A stretch of 64,000 nt of DNA from Podospora anserina (lineage: Eukaryota), in NCBI GenBank assembly GCA_017654855.1, contig CM030333.1, forward strand, positions 3,906,001 through 3,970,000, given 5' to 3'. Every line of letters begins with the position of its first letter. Within the stretch, counting starts at the first letter, position 1. Below, piece after piece: positions 34,998 to 45,350 of the stretch. The translations under genes and the position numbers were made by a program. The notes beneath the pieces are model-generated. The model was not told the DNA's origin and ran no database searches. It saw only the letters and a list, made by a program, of their open reading frames with translations.

Positions 34998-37640
34998 ATG
35001 ACCAGGGTTACAAAGATGACGTCGCCGTCATTCCCAAACTCTCAACCGCAAACACCATCAGCAGACTCCCACTCCACCATTTCCATTTCCACCTCCACCT
35101 CCACCTCCAACATTTCCCGCTCAGAAATCCCTCCGCGTCCGTCTTCTCCCTCAGGAAGCCTCTACGCAATGTCCGACGACGAAGAATCCGACTACAACAC
35201 CATCACCCACACCGAAACCGGCCGCGGCGTGAAGCTCCTCTTTTCAAAGTCCAAAGTCTACGTTCACCCTACACCTTCGGCCAAGGACAATATCCCGGGG
35301 TATATTGCCCTCTTGCAGCAAAAAGCCTCCTCCGGCCTTACCCGCCCGACGAGTTCCTCCTCAAAAGCCTCGATTCGCTCCTCGGATTTGCTGCTCGCAT
35401 GGGTGCCTGAATCTCAACTGGGGGACTCGGCCTCGATTTATGTCAAGGTTGACCTCTGCGATGGGGGCTCCCCCCCAAAACAATCATACCTGGTGCCGCC
35501 TCCCCCGACGGTGACTACCCACCGGGGTTCGGTAGGGAGCTATGCGTTTGCTATTCCCGTGTCGGCAGTGTACTCGCTGCTCGTCCGTCCGCCAAGCTTG
35601 GGGTGGTGGTATGGGAGCGTGATTATCAACTCGAGGGCCGGTGATTCTTTTCCGGCCTTGTTTTTTCACGACAATGAATGCCAGAGCACGTTGCTGAAGA
35701 GGAAACAGCGGGCTAGGGAGACATTTGATCCTTTTGGCGAAGGGGGGGAAATGTTTTGGGGTGGGGATGAGGTGCTGAGGTGGTTGAGGAGGTATGTTGA
35801 GATTGAGAGGAGTGTGGCGGAGCCGAATGTGTACTTGGTCGAGCCGAGCCAGGAGGATCTGGAGGGGTTTGGGGGGAAGGTTACTGCCGGTGGGAGGGCA
35901 GGGCTGGCGGTAGGGGGTGGGGTGCCTGGACCGTCGAGTTCGAGGGATACAAGCAAGGATGGGGGGATGGATCCCTTTACGAAGTTTATCAAAGAGACGG
36001 GGTGGAATATTATGGAAAAGTTCAGCAAAGTGACGACTTTTACGAGGCAAGCAGCGCAGGATGTGCTTGATAACCCGAGGATTCCGCCACAGATGAGGAG
36101 GTTGATGAAGAACCCCGAGGTTCAGACGCTGCAGGAGGAGTTTGATAGTGCGAGGATATACCTGGCGAGGTGGGCGATGGGAATTGCGGAACAGAGCGAG
36201 AGGGATAGAAACCAGAGGATATGGACTGCGAGGGAGGTGATGGAGTTGGAGGATACAGATGTCGGAGAGTTTGAGCTGCTGGATAGCACGAATAGTCTCA
36301 CGCTGGAGCAGATGAGGAAGCCAGTTACGCTGAGCGAGTGGAGGAAGTTTTTTGATCCACGAACTGGACGGTTATCGGTGACGGTGGATGAAGTGAAGGA
36401 GAGGGTGTTCCATGGTGGATTGGACCCCGATGATGGCGTGCGCAAGGAGGCTTGGTTGTTCTTGCTTGGTGTGTACGATTGGTATAGTACAGCCGATGAG
36501 CGTAAGGCTCAGGCTGCCTCGCTTAGAGATGCGTATATCAAGCTGAAGGGCAGCTGGTGGGAGCGCCAGATCGACCAGGGCGGTGAGGGTGAAGATGGAG
36601 AGTGGTGGAGGGAGCAGCGGGCCAGGATAGAAAAGGATGTCCACCGCACCGACCGCAATGTCCCGATCTTTGCTGGCGAAGACATCCCCCATCCCGATCC
36701 AGAGTCTCCCTTCGCCGAAGTCGGCACCAATGTTCACATGGAGCAACTCAAGGACATGCTCCTCACCTACAACGAATACAACAAAGACCTCGGCTACGTG
36801 CAAGGCATGTCGGATCTTCTTGCCCCCATTTACGCCATTCTTCAAGACGACGCCATGGCCTTTTGGGGATTTAAGTGCTTCATGGACAGGATGGAGCGCA
36901 ACTTTTTGCGTGATCAGTCTGGCATGCGGGCTCAGTTGTTGGCTCTTGACCACCTGGTTCAGTTCATGGACCCCAAGCTGTATGAACACCTCCGTTCGGC
37001 GGACAGCACCAACTTTTTCTTCTTCTTCCGGATGCTGCTCGTGTGGTACAAGCGCGAGTTTGACTGGCCGGATGTGCTGCGGTTGTGGGAGGGGTTGTGG
37101 ACAGATTATTTGAGCAGTAGCTTTCATCTGTTTGTGGCGCTTGCGATTCTGGAGAAGCACAGGGATGTGATCATGACGCATTTGAAGCATTTTGATGAGG
37201 TGTTGAAGTATAGTGAGTATTTTATGCCATTCCCCATTTATCCGGAAGATGAACAGCTAACTGTTGTGCTAGTTAATGAACTCTCTGGTACAATGGACCT
37301 TGAGTCAACTCTGATCCGCGCAGAAGCTCTGTTCAAGCGGTTCCAGAGGCTAGTGGAGGCGGTGGACAGGAAGGGTCACTTTCCTGCGCCCAAGAGGGTG
37401 CCCACACAGCCAGCAGGAGACGGTACTGCTTCTGGTTCAAATACTGCTGCGACGCCTGCTTCGCCGCAGAGCAACACGAGCGCGAATGAACAAAATAGTA
37501 ACAGCCTGAATAACAATGGAAAGGGCAGGGAACAAGTGGAGAAGGTTATCTCGCCGGAGCTGAGGAAGTTGTTGAAGAGAGAGGTGGAAGTGCTGCCTAG
37601 ACGGGACGTGGCTACGAGTAGTAAGAACGGGGGGAAGTGA
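34998..37640 (+). CDS. GYP7: Rab GTPase-activating protein Gyp7 (TBC1D15/17 family)
   Basis: LLFSKSKVYVHPTPSAKDNIPG N-terminal domain; TBC motifs IEKDVHRTDR and GYVQGMSDL, FFFFRMLLVWYKREF. One 60-nt intron 37213-37272 lies in frame within the ORF. Exact start codon uncertain. Confidence 0.93.
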   Translation: MTRVTKMTSPSFPNSQPQTPSADSHSTISISTSTSTSNISRSEIPPRPSSPSGSLYAMSDDEESDYNTITHTETGRGVKLLFSKSKVYVHPTPSAKDNIPGYIALLQQKASSGLTRPTSSSSKASIRSSDLLLAWVPESQLGDSASIYVKVDLCDGGSPPKQSYLVPPPPTVTTHRGSVGSYAFAIPVSAVYSLLVRPPSLGWWYGSVIINSRAGDSFPALFFHDNECQSTLLKRKQRARETFDPFGEGGEMFWGGDEVLRWLRRYVEIERSVAEPNVYLVEPSQEDLEGFGGKVTAGGRAGLAVGGGVPGPSSSRDTSKDGGMDPFTKFIKETGWNIMEKFSKVTTFTRQAAQDVLDNPRIPPQMRRLMKNPEVQTLQEEFDSARIYLARWAMGIAEQSERDRNQRIWTAREVMELEDTDVGEFELLDSTNSLTLEQMRKPVTLSEWRKFFDPRTGRLSVTVDEVKERVFHGGLDPDDGVRKEAWLFLLGVYDWYSTADERKAQAASLRDAYIKLKGSWWERQIDQGGEGEDGEWWREQRARIEKDVHRTDRNVPIFAGEDIPHPDPESPFAEVGTNVHMEQLKDMLLTYNEYNKDLGYVQGMSDLLAPIYAILQDDAMAFWGFKCFMDRMERNFLRDQSGMRAQLLALDHLVQFMDPKLYEHLRSADSTNFFFFFRMLLVWYKREFDWPDVLRLWEGLWTDYLSSSFHLFVALAILEKHRDVIMTHLKHFDEVLKYSEYFMPFPIYPEDEQLTVVLVNELSGTMDLESTLIRAEALFKRFQRLVEAVDRKGHFPAPKRVPTQPAGDGTASGSNTAATPASPQSNTSANEQNSNSLNNNGKGREQVEKVISPELRKLLKREVEVLPRRDVATSSKNGGK

Positions 37641-38140
37641 TGAGTTTTTGTTTTTTTGGTGCTCTGATTGTGGCTTTTGTTTGGAGTTCTGGGACTCGGG
37701 AGACGGCAGGTGGGCAATAGGGATACCATTCTGGCGAATTAGGGGGCAAAACTGGAAGTATGGGGGTTTGGGGAGGGAACATACCTGGGACCTTGGACGA
37801 GGGATTGCATGTTGTTGTGCGAGTTTCGAATTGGTTGTTTAGTATCCTTTGGTGGTATAGTTTATTGCTAGTGAATAACAAGCCAACAGAAAGTACAGCA
37901 TGTCATACCATCGAGTTCGAATGTCGTTTACACTCTAAACACATTTCAAGAGGAAAGACGCAAAAAAGTCAATTGCTAACCCTGTCTTTCGTGATGAAAG
38001 TTATATTCCAGCTAGGTACCGAAAACCTCAAGATTGACAAACGCCCCTGTGGTCCCCAGGGTCCCAAAAGCAAACCACATCATTAACCATTTCTTTATCC
38101 CTTATCCCAATTCATATATGTATAACCCAACCCCAAGAAA

Positions 38141-41100
38141 CTACCAAATAGCAGCCTGATCAAAATCAAACCTCGCCAACTCCCCATTCGCATCCTCCAG
38201 ATCCTTCTTCGCCTTCATCCGCATATAAAAAATCGGACAGTCCTTCGAGCTGCAAATCACCTCACAGTGCATGCTCCCCTGACACCTCTGGCACTGTGTC
38301 CACAACCGCCCAAATCTCACCTCCAAATCACTGACCTTGTCCAGCGTCTTCTTGTACAACTCACCCACCCTCGGCGCGTCATCGGCACACACCGCGCCCC
38401 GACTCTCTTCTTTCCCTGTCAAGGGTTTCTTGCAACCCATACACGTTTGGGTTTTCTTGGCAAATTTCATGAGACCGCCTACTTTGGGTGCCGCGACGGA
38501 GATGGCGCGGGTGTGATCACCTGTCAGCAAGGACTTGGCTTTTGTCTCGCCGAGGATGGGCTCGAAGATGCGGCCGAGGGGTTTGGCGAGCTGATTGTCG
38601 AGGTAGTATTTTGTGTCGATGGGTACGTTGTGCTCGAGGACGTAGATGGGGTCTTCGGAGCGTTCGAAATTCTTGGAGCCAGTCGCGCCTTTGACCATGA
38701 CATAGGCTACACGGTCGCCGAGGGCGGGGGCGGAACCGGCGTCGCGCTTCTTCATGCGGTGGGCGAGCTCGACGTGAGCTTGCTTGGCGGCGTAGTCGTC
38801 TTTGGTGAGGGCTTTCGTGATGACGAGCTTAGACATGTCGACGCGGTTTTGAAGGAGGTCGGCGATGGTGTCTTTGACGTATCTAGGGGAAATTAGTATT
38901 CCGCAGGGTAAGTGATGAGAGGAGGGGGGCTTACTCTTGAGCTCCAGGGACGTCACGATCGATGAGAATCATGCGGAGGACCTTCTCGATGACGGTTTGC
39001 ACCAAAAGACAGTTGTCACGACGGACAGTCTCAATACCCTTGGTGTCCATCTTGTCATACTTCTCCGGCTTTGTCCAGTACAGCCCAGCATAACGCTTCT
39101 TGTTAATCAGAAGATAGGGAAAGTACACCTTTTCGAACTCGAGCTTGATGGGCTTGATGAACTTGCTAGACACATAATTCGCCGCATCCTCTCCGAGCTT
39201 CATGGCTTCGGCCAACTCCTTGGTGCCAAACTTGACCATGACGGAATCAGTATCACCGTAGATGACCTGAGCGTCATGACTGTAGCCATTCTTGATGCAA
39301 TATCTCTCCTCAACTTCGTGCTTCGTCCTCTCAATCATTTGACGACCGAAAGCGGTGGTACTACTAGCAATCTCCAAGCAGGGGAGTTTGCCGTTGGTGG
39401 CACCAGTCAAACCGTAGACGGAGTTTGCACTGATCTTCAAGGCTAGTTGACGACCGTTGAGCACAGCCTTTTTGAATGGATCTGTCTCAGCGGCAAGTTC
39501 TCTCTTGGCCTCCTTTCTAGCCGAGAGCAATTCCTCCAGAATTTGGGCCAACAGCCCCTTTCTCTTTTTGGTGGTAACGAACATGTCGCCATTGGGGGTA
39601 ACGATGTAGTCCTCATCCTTGACTAAGCTCCACCTCTCAATATCCTTCTTCTTGATGAGAGTGGTGTAACACAAATTGTGGGCTTGAATGATGCTGGGGT
39701 ACAGCGAAGCGAAATCCAGAGTGGCGATGGGGACATCGTAGTATCCTCTTGTAGGCTCAATGACAGTGGCACCCTCATACTGCTCTTCTGATGACTCCGA
39801 TCTCATGTTGGGAATGACAAGCTTTTGCTCCAGGGCCTTGCGGAAGAGCTGACTCAAGAATTTGACTTGCTGACCTCTGGCGAGGAGAAAGTTGAATGGT
39901 ACCCCCGTAACTCTTGCCATTTCGGTGTAGTTTTCAAGGCAAGACAGCTTGTCCATGAGTCTTTGTGGCAGGTAGGCATCCTTGAGACAGTAGAGTGCCA
40001 GTCTGCGTCTCGACTCTGGGGTACCCTCGAAAAGCTCCGTGATCATGGAGTGATGGACATCTTCTTTTTGTTCACCAAGAAAATGGGCGCACACAGAGTT
40101 CAGGGTATAACTGCGAAGTTGGTGGTCACGTTGAACCAGTTGAAGCAAGTCGAGCTGGAGACGACCGTTGGTGTTGGTGGCCTTCGTGTCGCGGTTGCCC
40201 ATCTGCTTGCTGGAGAAGTTGGTTTCCTTCGCTACCGACTTGACGTGCGTGCGAGACCAGTATTCGAAGTTATGCACCTTGAGATGTTTCGCCCTGTCAA
40301 GGAGATAGGGGAAATCGAAGTTGGCAATATTGTACCCGATGATGATATCTGGATCAACCTTCTCTAGGAAGTCCCGCCATGCAGCCAACATTTTCCCTTC
40401 GTCCTTAAACTCCAGGATCTGAGTGGCCACAATGGGACTTGTGGTATCGAGACAGAACACGTTTCGTACAAACGGCTTCTTGTCTCCGTATTTGGTGACG
40501 ATATTGGCGATTTGAATGACGGAATCGTGTTGGGCCTCGGGGAAAATACCTTTGCGACCAGCGCACTCGATATCGAACGAGAGAATCCGGAGAGGGGCCA
40601 TCTTAGACCACTCTCCAGAGGGCTTATGCGAAATCAGCTCTCGGTAGCTGATGACAGCTTCGAACTGGCAGTTGGACTGCTTGTTCATGTGGATAAGGTC
40701 ATATGCGCCGGCGGGTGCTTCAACCCAAGACATGCCAGCAATCGAACAGTCTACCATGAACCGAAGCAAGTACTGGATACTGTCGTAGGTCATGATGCCG
40801 CCATCATGCTTCCACATCCCCTTCCAGTTGGCCTCGCCTCTCTCGATCATGGTGCGTACCTTGTTGATGTGTTTTGGATCGGTAACCGTAACCTTGATAT
40901 AAGGATTTTGGACGTTCCCTTGGAAGCCATAGATGTTCTCGCGCATGGTCAGCGATACATTATGAATGACCTGTTGATATTGGTGATTTTGCGACATCTG
41001 CGATTCGAGATATGCTTTGAACGCAAGGCAGTCCTCAACGACGAACGAGACTGGCGCCGCGACATAGAGGTAGTGCTTGAAGTCTTTGACATGCAAAAGA

Positions 41101-41519
41101 ACGGAGTTGCCGTTCTCGGTCACGCCAAATAGCTTCACAGCAGGTTGACCACCACCGATCGTGCCCTCCTCTGCCTCGATGGCTTGGAAGCAGAGACTTT
41201 GCTTGGAGGGATCGAAGTCGTTCGGAATGGGTGGCCGCTCCCATGCTTGGTCCTTTTCTGAGTTGTTTTGCTTGAGGTCTGAGATGTCCTGATTCAGTCT
41301 TTCGAGCACTTCGCTCTCGAAAACACTCTTCTGTTGGCTCGAGGCCATTCTGCCTTTGCTGTCATTTTGAGAGCTCTTGAAGCGTTGTGCTGGAGACGAT
41401 GTGGGCTCATCGATGCGGCGCTTCTTGGTGGTGGCGGTAGAGGGAGTTGCGGCGATGTTCCGCCGGGTGCTTGAAGCCTCGCCAAAGGCCCTTTTCTGCG
41501 GTAATGTCGCGGAAGGCAT
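38141..41519 (-). CDS. POL3: DNA polymerase delta catalytic subunit
   Basis: Exo motifs SFDIEC and GYNIANFD; Pol B motifs [24 protein letters not shown]-terminal CysA/CysB region. Intron 38883-38934. Confidence 0.97.
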
Positions 41520-41736
41520 TTTGGATTGCTTTGATGAAGGAGTGGCTTGCGGAAGAGCAAGTCTAGATTCCAGCTGTATGTCGAGGCATGGGATGGTGGG
41601 ATATGGCAGCTGGGTCGTCTCTGGTTTGACGGGGATAGAAAGACGGTTGGAATAAGGACGTGGGATCTGGCTGGACTGTTGTTGGAGGTGTTGATGGCAC
41701 GAACTCGAAATTCATTGAGCCAAAGAAACTGGGTGG

Positions 41737-42018
41737 ACGCGCTCCATTCCCTTGTTACGTGACTGCCCCACTTTCCCGACGCGAGAGTTTAATTGACCAG
41801 TGAGGTATGTACCCTGCGTTAGACTTTAAGTGGTTCCTCAATACGGTCGCGACGCCACGCTCTTGCCCTACCTTAGAGCAAAACATATCGGGTTCAAGCA
41901 AAAGCCTCTCTTGCTCGTCATTTATCCATTGGTCATTTCTAACAAAAGTGGATGACAGCTTACAGGAAGAGTTGGAGCAAAAGCGCAGCCTGTTAACTAG
42001 CACTACGTGAATTCGCGT
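41737..42018. promoter_or_regulatory. MCB-like (ACGCG) elements in the POL3 divergent promoter
   Basis: ACGCG at 41737, ACGCGA at 41779 and TCGCGT at 42013. MBF/MCB control of replication genes is established in yeasts; function here is inferred. Confidence 0.4.
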
Positions 42019-42226
42019 TACCTAACCCTGACCCTGGACCCTCGCATCCATCTCAAACCATTTACCCCGCCAACCTTCATCGGATCTTATTGATTGTTTA
42101 CTTTCACCAACATTCTCATTCAACTTACAACATCGACATCCAGAAACACCCCAAACTAAAAACCACTAGTCCAGTCTCACGAGTTATCCATAAAATATCT
42201 CAATCAACAGCAGACTGACCTCCAAA

Positions 42227-43300
42227 ATGGCCGATCGCCACCTCCCTCCCTCCTCCCGACTTATAACCACAACCACTGGCCACATCCCTTCCAAACCCTC
42301 GTCTCGTCTCATCCAGCAGCCCCCCGGCCCCTCAACCACTCCAACAACAAATCCACCGCCCCCAACTGCCAGCTCTGTCCGAAGAAACCTCTTCCAAAGC
42401 CAACTAACCCGCCGCGCACCTCACCAAGCCTCGTCCTCAACCTCCTCCGACACCATCCGTCTCCACCACCACCACCACTCCAACTCCTACGACTCCTCCG
42501 ACCCCTACCAAGACTCCCCACCTTTACCACCCCCCTCACCCTCCTCAGAGTCAATAGTTCCCCGCAACTCCCACGGTGAAATCGAACTCCTAGGCGACCC
42601 CCCAACCCCTCCCCTCTACGACTCAGACGATTCAGCCGACCACAACAACAACTCTCCATCCCACCACCACCACCACCACCACCACCCGGGGAACCAAAAC
42701 GACTCCCAAAGGGCCGAACAAGCCGCCGCCCGCAACCGCCTCTCCGAAGCAGTCCGACAACACCAGCTCCACCAAAACAAACTCCTTATGTCCATCCCGG
42801 GTAGCAACATGGTGGGATCCGGGTACGGAATGCACCAACAACTAAACAACACCCAACCAGAAGGTCAGCAACACCACCCCCATTTCGATACCTCCCCCTT
42901 TCTCTTCAGTCCCACCACCGCACCTCACTGTTCTGATCCTTTTTGTTCTGGTCACCACTACCCTTCTTCTTCTACTGCCCCCGCTCAGAAATTAATCTAC
43001 TATCCTACTTCTTCTCCTTCCTCCTCCTCCTCCTCCTCCTCCTCCTCCTCCTCCTCTTCTTCTTCTTCTTTGCCTCCCATTCCTCCCAGGCTTAATAAAA
43101 AGCGAAAGGGAAAAATGAAACCCATCGTCTTTGATGAGACTGTAGACGAGAATGACAAGGAAGACTCATTTGCTAAAACCAAAAAAATCACCGAAACAGA
43201 GCTCATCGAGGAGGTCAAAGCCAGTCTGCGAGCCAAAGTGGCTGCCCTGGCCCAAGATAACTGGATGTTTGAGCCAGAGGAGCTTCCGAGACCTCATTGA
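42227..43300 (+). CDS. Low-complexity protein with conserved-looking C-terminal helix; possible Apc16/Apc9-like APC/C subunit
   Basis: ORF with VRRNLFQSQLTRR and C-terminal ELIEEVKASLRAKVAALAQDNWMFEPEE. Probable 336-nt intron 42864-43199 (GTCAGC..GCTAAA..CAG). The function assignment is inference only. Confidence 0.6.
   Translation: MADRHLPPSSRLITTTTGHIPSKPSSRLIQQPPGPSTTPTTNPPPPTASSVRRNLFQSQLTRRAPHQASSSTSSDTIRLHHHHHSNSYDSSDPYQDSPPLPPPSPSSESIVPRNSHGEIELLGDPPTPPLYDSDDSADHNNNSPSHHHHHHHHPGNQNDSQRAEQAAARNRLSEAVRQHQLHQNKLLMSIPGSNMVGSGYGMHQQLNNTQPEGQQHHPHFDTSPFLFSPTTAPHCSDPFCSGHHYPSSSTAPAQKLIYYPTSSPSSSSSSSSSSSSSSSSSLPPIPPRLNKKRKGKMKPIVFDETVDENDKEDSFAKTKKITETELIEEVKASLRAKVAALAQDNWMFEPEELPRPH
43013..43070 (+). 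repeat. (CTC)n/(CTT)n trinucleotide microsatellite
   Basis: Run of CTC then CTT units inside the probable intron; reads as poly-Ser if retained. Confidence 0.85.
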
Positions 43301-43485
43301 TCACCACAACTCAGATAATCATGTCAAAAGAAAATAAAAATGTAACGATACCCCAAGGCGTTATGTATGCTCTTAATTATCGAATTATCGGGCTCTGATC
43401 CCTTAACTCCAAGAATCGTGTGTATCGTGTACATACAACACCAACGTATGCTCCCCTCCCCCGCGTGTCTTGCTTTCCTCCCTCA

Positions 43486-44602
43486 TTAATCCAGCCCCTC
43501 CGCAGCCGGCGCAGCCTCCACCCTCCTCGCCATCGGTCTCCCACCACTCCCACCACCACCACCCGGCATCCCCAAGAAGCTCCCCATCATGTCAAACAGC
43601 GGGTTGCTCTGCCTCGGTCTCTGAATCCCAAAGTACATCTCCCCAATCAGCTCCAGCGCCGTGTCCCACACCCCGTCCGTGGCCTCCTTGATCGTGGGCA
43701 TGTACTTCCCCTTCAACTGCCTAAACACCTCTGGGTTGTTCCCCTTCTGCACCGCCACAATCAACAGCCCCAAAAAGTTCATGAGCGGCAGGCTAGGGAA
43801 GATCTTGGTCTCGCCAACATCTTGCACAGCCAAAGACGGGTTCTCGGTGGCGAGCTGTGAAGTAAACACCTTGTAGCACGTGGTCGCCGCCTTGAGGTTG
43901 GCCATCAACAGGTACGGAAGGACTGCCCTGGCGCAGTAAAGGGGCGCGGTGTGGGTTTCATCCTGCTTGTACCATTCATACTCCAACTGCGCAAGGACAG
44001 GAGGGGAGTCTTTCGTGGTGCCGAGGATCAAATGGCGCTCCGCCTCGTCGAGGCTCTCTTTTTCCTCTGCCAACATGGAGCCGATGACGTGGTGAAGTTC
44101 TGGGTCGCCGGCGGGGTAGTCCGAGTACTTCTTTGACCACCTATTTGTTATCCTGTCAGTCTATCACTTGTCATAACGTTGGAGATGATGATGGGGTGGG
44201 AACGTACTCGACCACATCCTTCACAAACTTCTTCCTGTTCGGCTCGGCGGGGTCAAACAGCCTCAAACAGGTCAACACCCTCCCCTTGCTTGTAGCGTCC
44301 ACCTTCAGCCCAGCCTGCTTGTAAACATCCACCAGCAAGATAGCGAGATCGCCCCCACTGCCGCCGCCTGTTGGACCTGTCTTGAGGAGGGACTGGGAGA
44401 CAGAGGACAGAATGTCGATGGCGGCGGTATAGTTTTGCGATTTGGTGTACCGGGCCGCGACGAGTCGGGTCTCTTGGGCGGCTTCGTATTGGGCCTCGAA
44501 GGGCATGCCGGGGGTGATTTTGGATTGGAGGCGGGTGATGATTTTGGCTATTTTGGGGTTTGTGGGAGCCGCCGCCGGGGCGGGGGATGGGGAGGAGGCC
44601 AT
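43486..44602 (-). CDS. GET4: Get4 (Golgi-to-ER traffic protein 4, DUF410)
   Basis: QYEAAQETRLVAARY, GGSGGDLAILL, WSKKYSDYPAGDPELHHVIG, AERHLILGT, RAVLPYLL, IGEMYFGIQRPRQSNPLFDMMG. Intron 44141-44207. Confidence 0.92.
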
Positions 44603-45350
44603 CGTGAGAGGTTGATTGGGGAGGTTGATATGGGAGGCTGTCGAGTGGTTACAGGAGAGGTGAGGTGAGGTGAGGTGAAGCTTAGGTCGGGATCGGTTCG
44701 GCTCGAAGTCTGTGTTGCACTGTTCAGCTTGTGGGGAGCTCTGCGCGCGTGAAAGTAAATACGCAGGTAGTTGACGCAGAGAGTCAAAGGTTCAGCAACG
44801 CAAGGTAAGGTACAGTTAGGTTTAGGAGAGTGTAGCTAAATCCACTGCATCGGGACAGTTCAAGCTCAAGGTCAGGTCCACGTCCAACGTCCCCTCGTCT
44901 CCACTCTTGCGCAACTGCCTGCCGCTTCGTGTGCTTTGCCCCGCAATGACGGATGATTCTTCGATCTTCTGCGGGGCACAAGTGACATGGGACGGCTTAA
45001 GCCCCGCCCATTCTATCCTATATCAGGGTTAGGGTATGTTGGCACAACCTGAAGCCCCTGAACCCCTTTTCGCTGAGTGCGCGTACTCTGTACCGATATC
45101 AGGTTCATCTTCACATGCATGCTAATCACTCAAAACAACAAGGTATAGTCGTATGTATACACTCGACATTATCCCCAACTTCCACACCACCAAGTCTATT
45201 AACTCGAACCGCTCCGTGTATTCTGATCCCCTGCCTTCTGTCTGCAATGATTTTCGCTAAACTTCTCAAATGGTATCATCTGTCCACGCTGCTACAGAAA
45301 CATCACAACAGTGGCCTCTCAAACAAGGATCCTCTATTATCCCATTCAAT

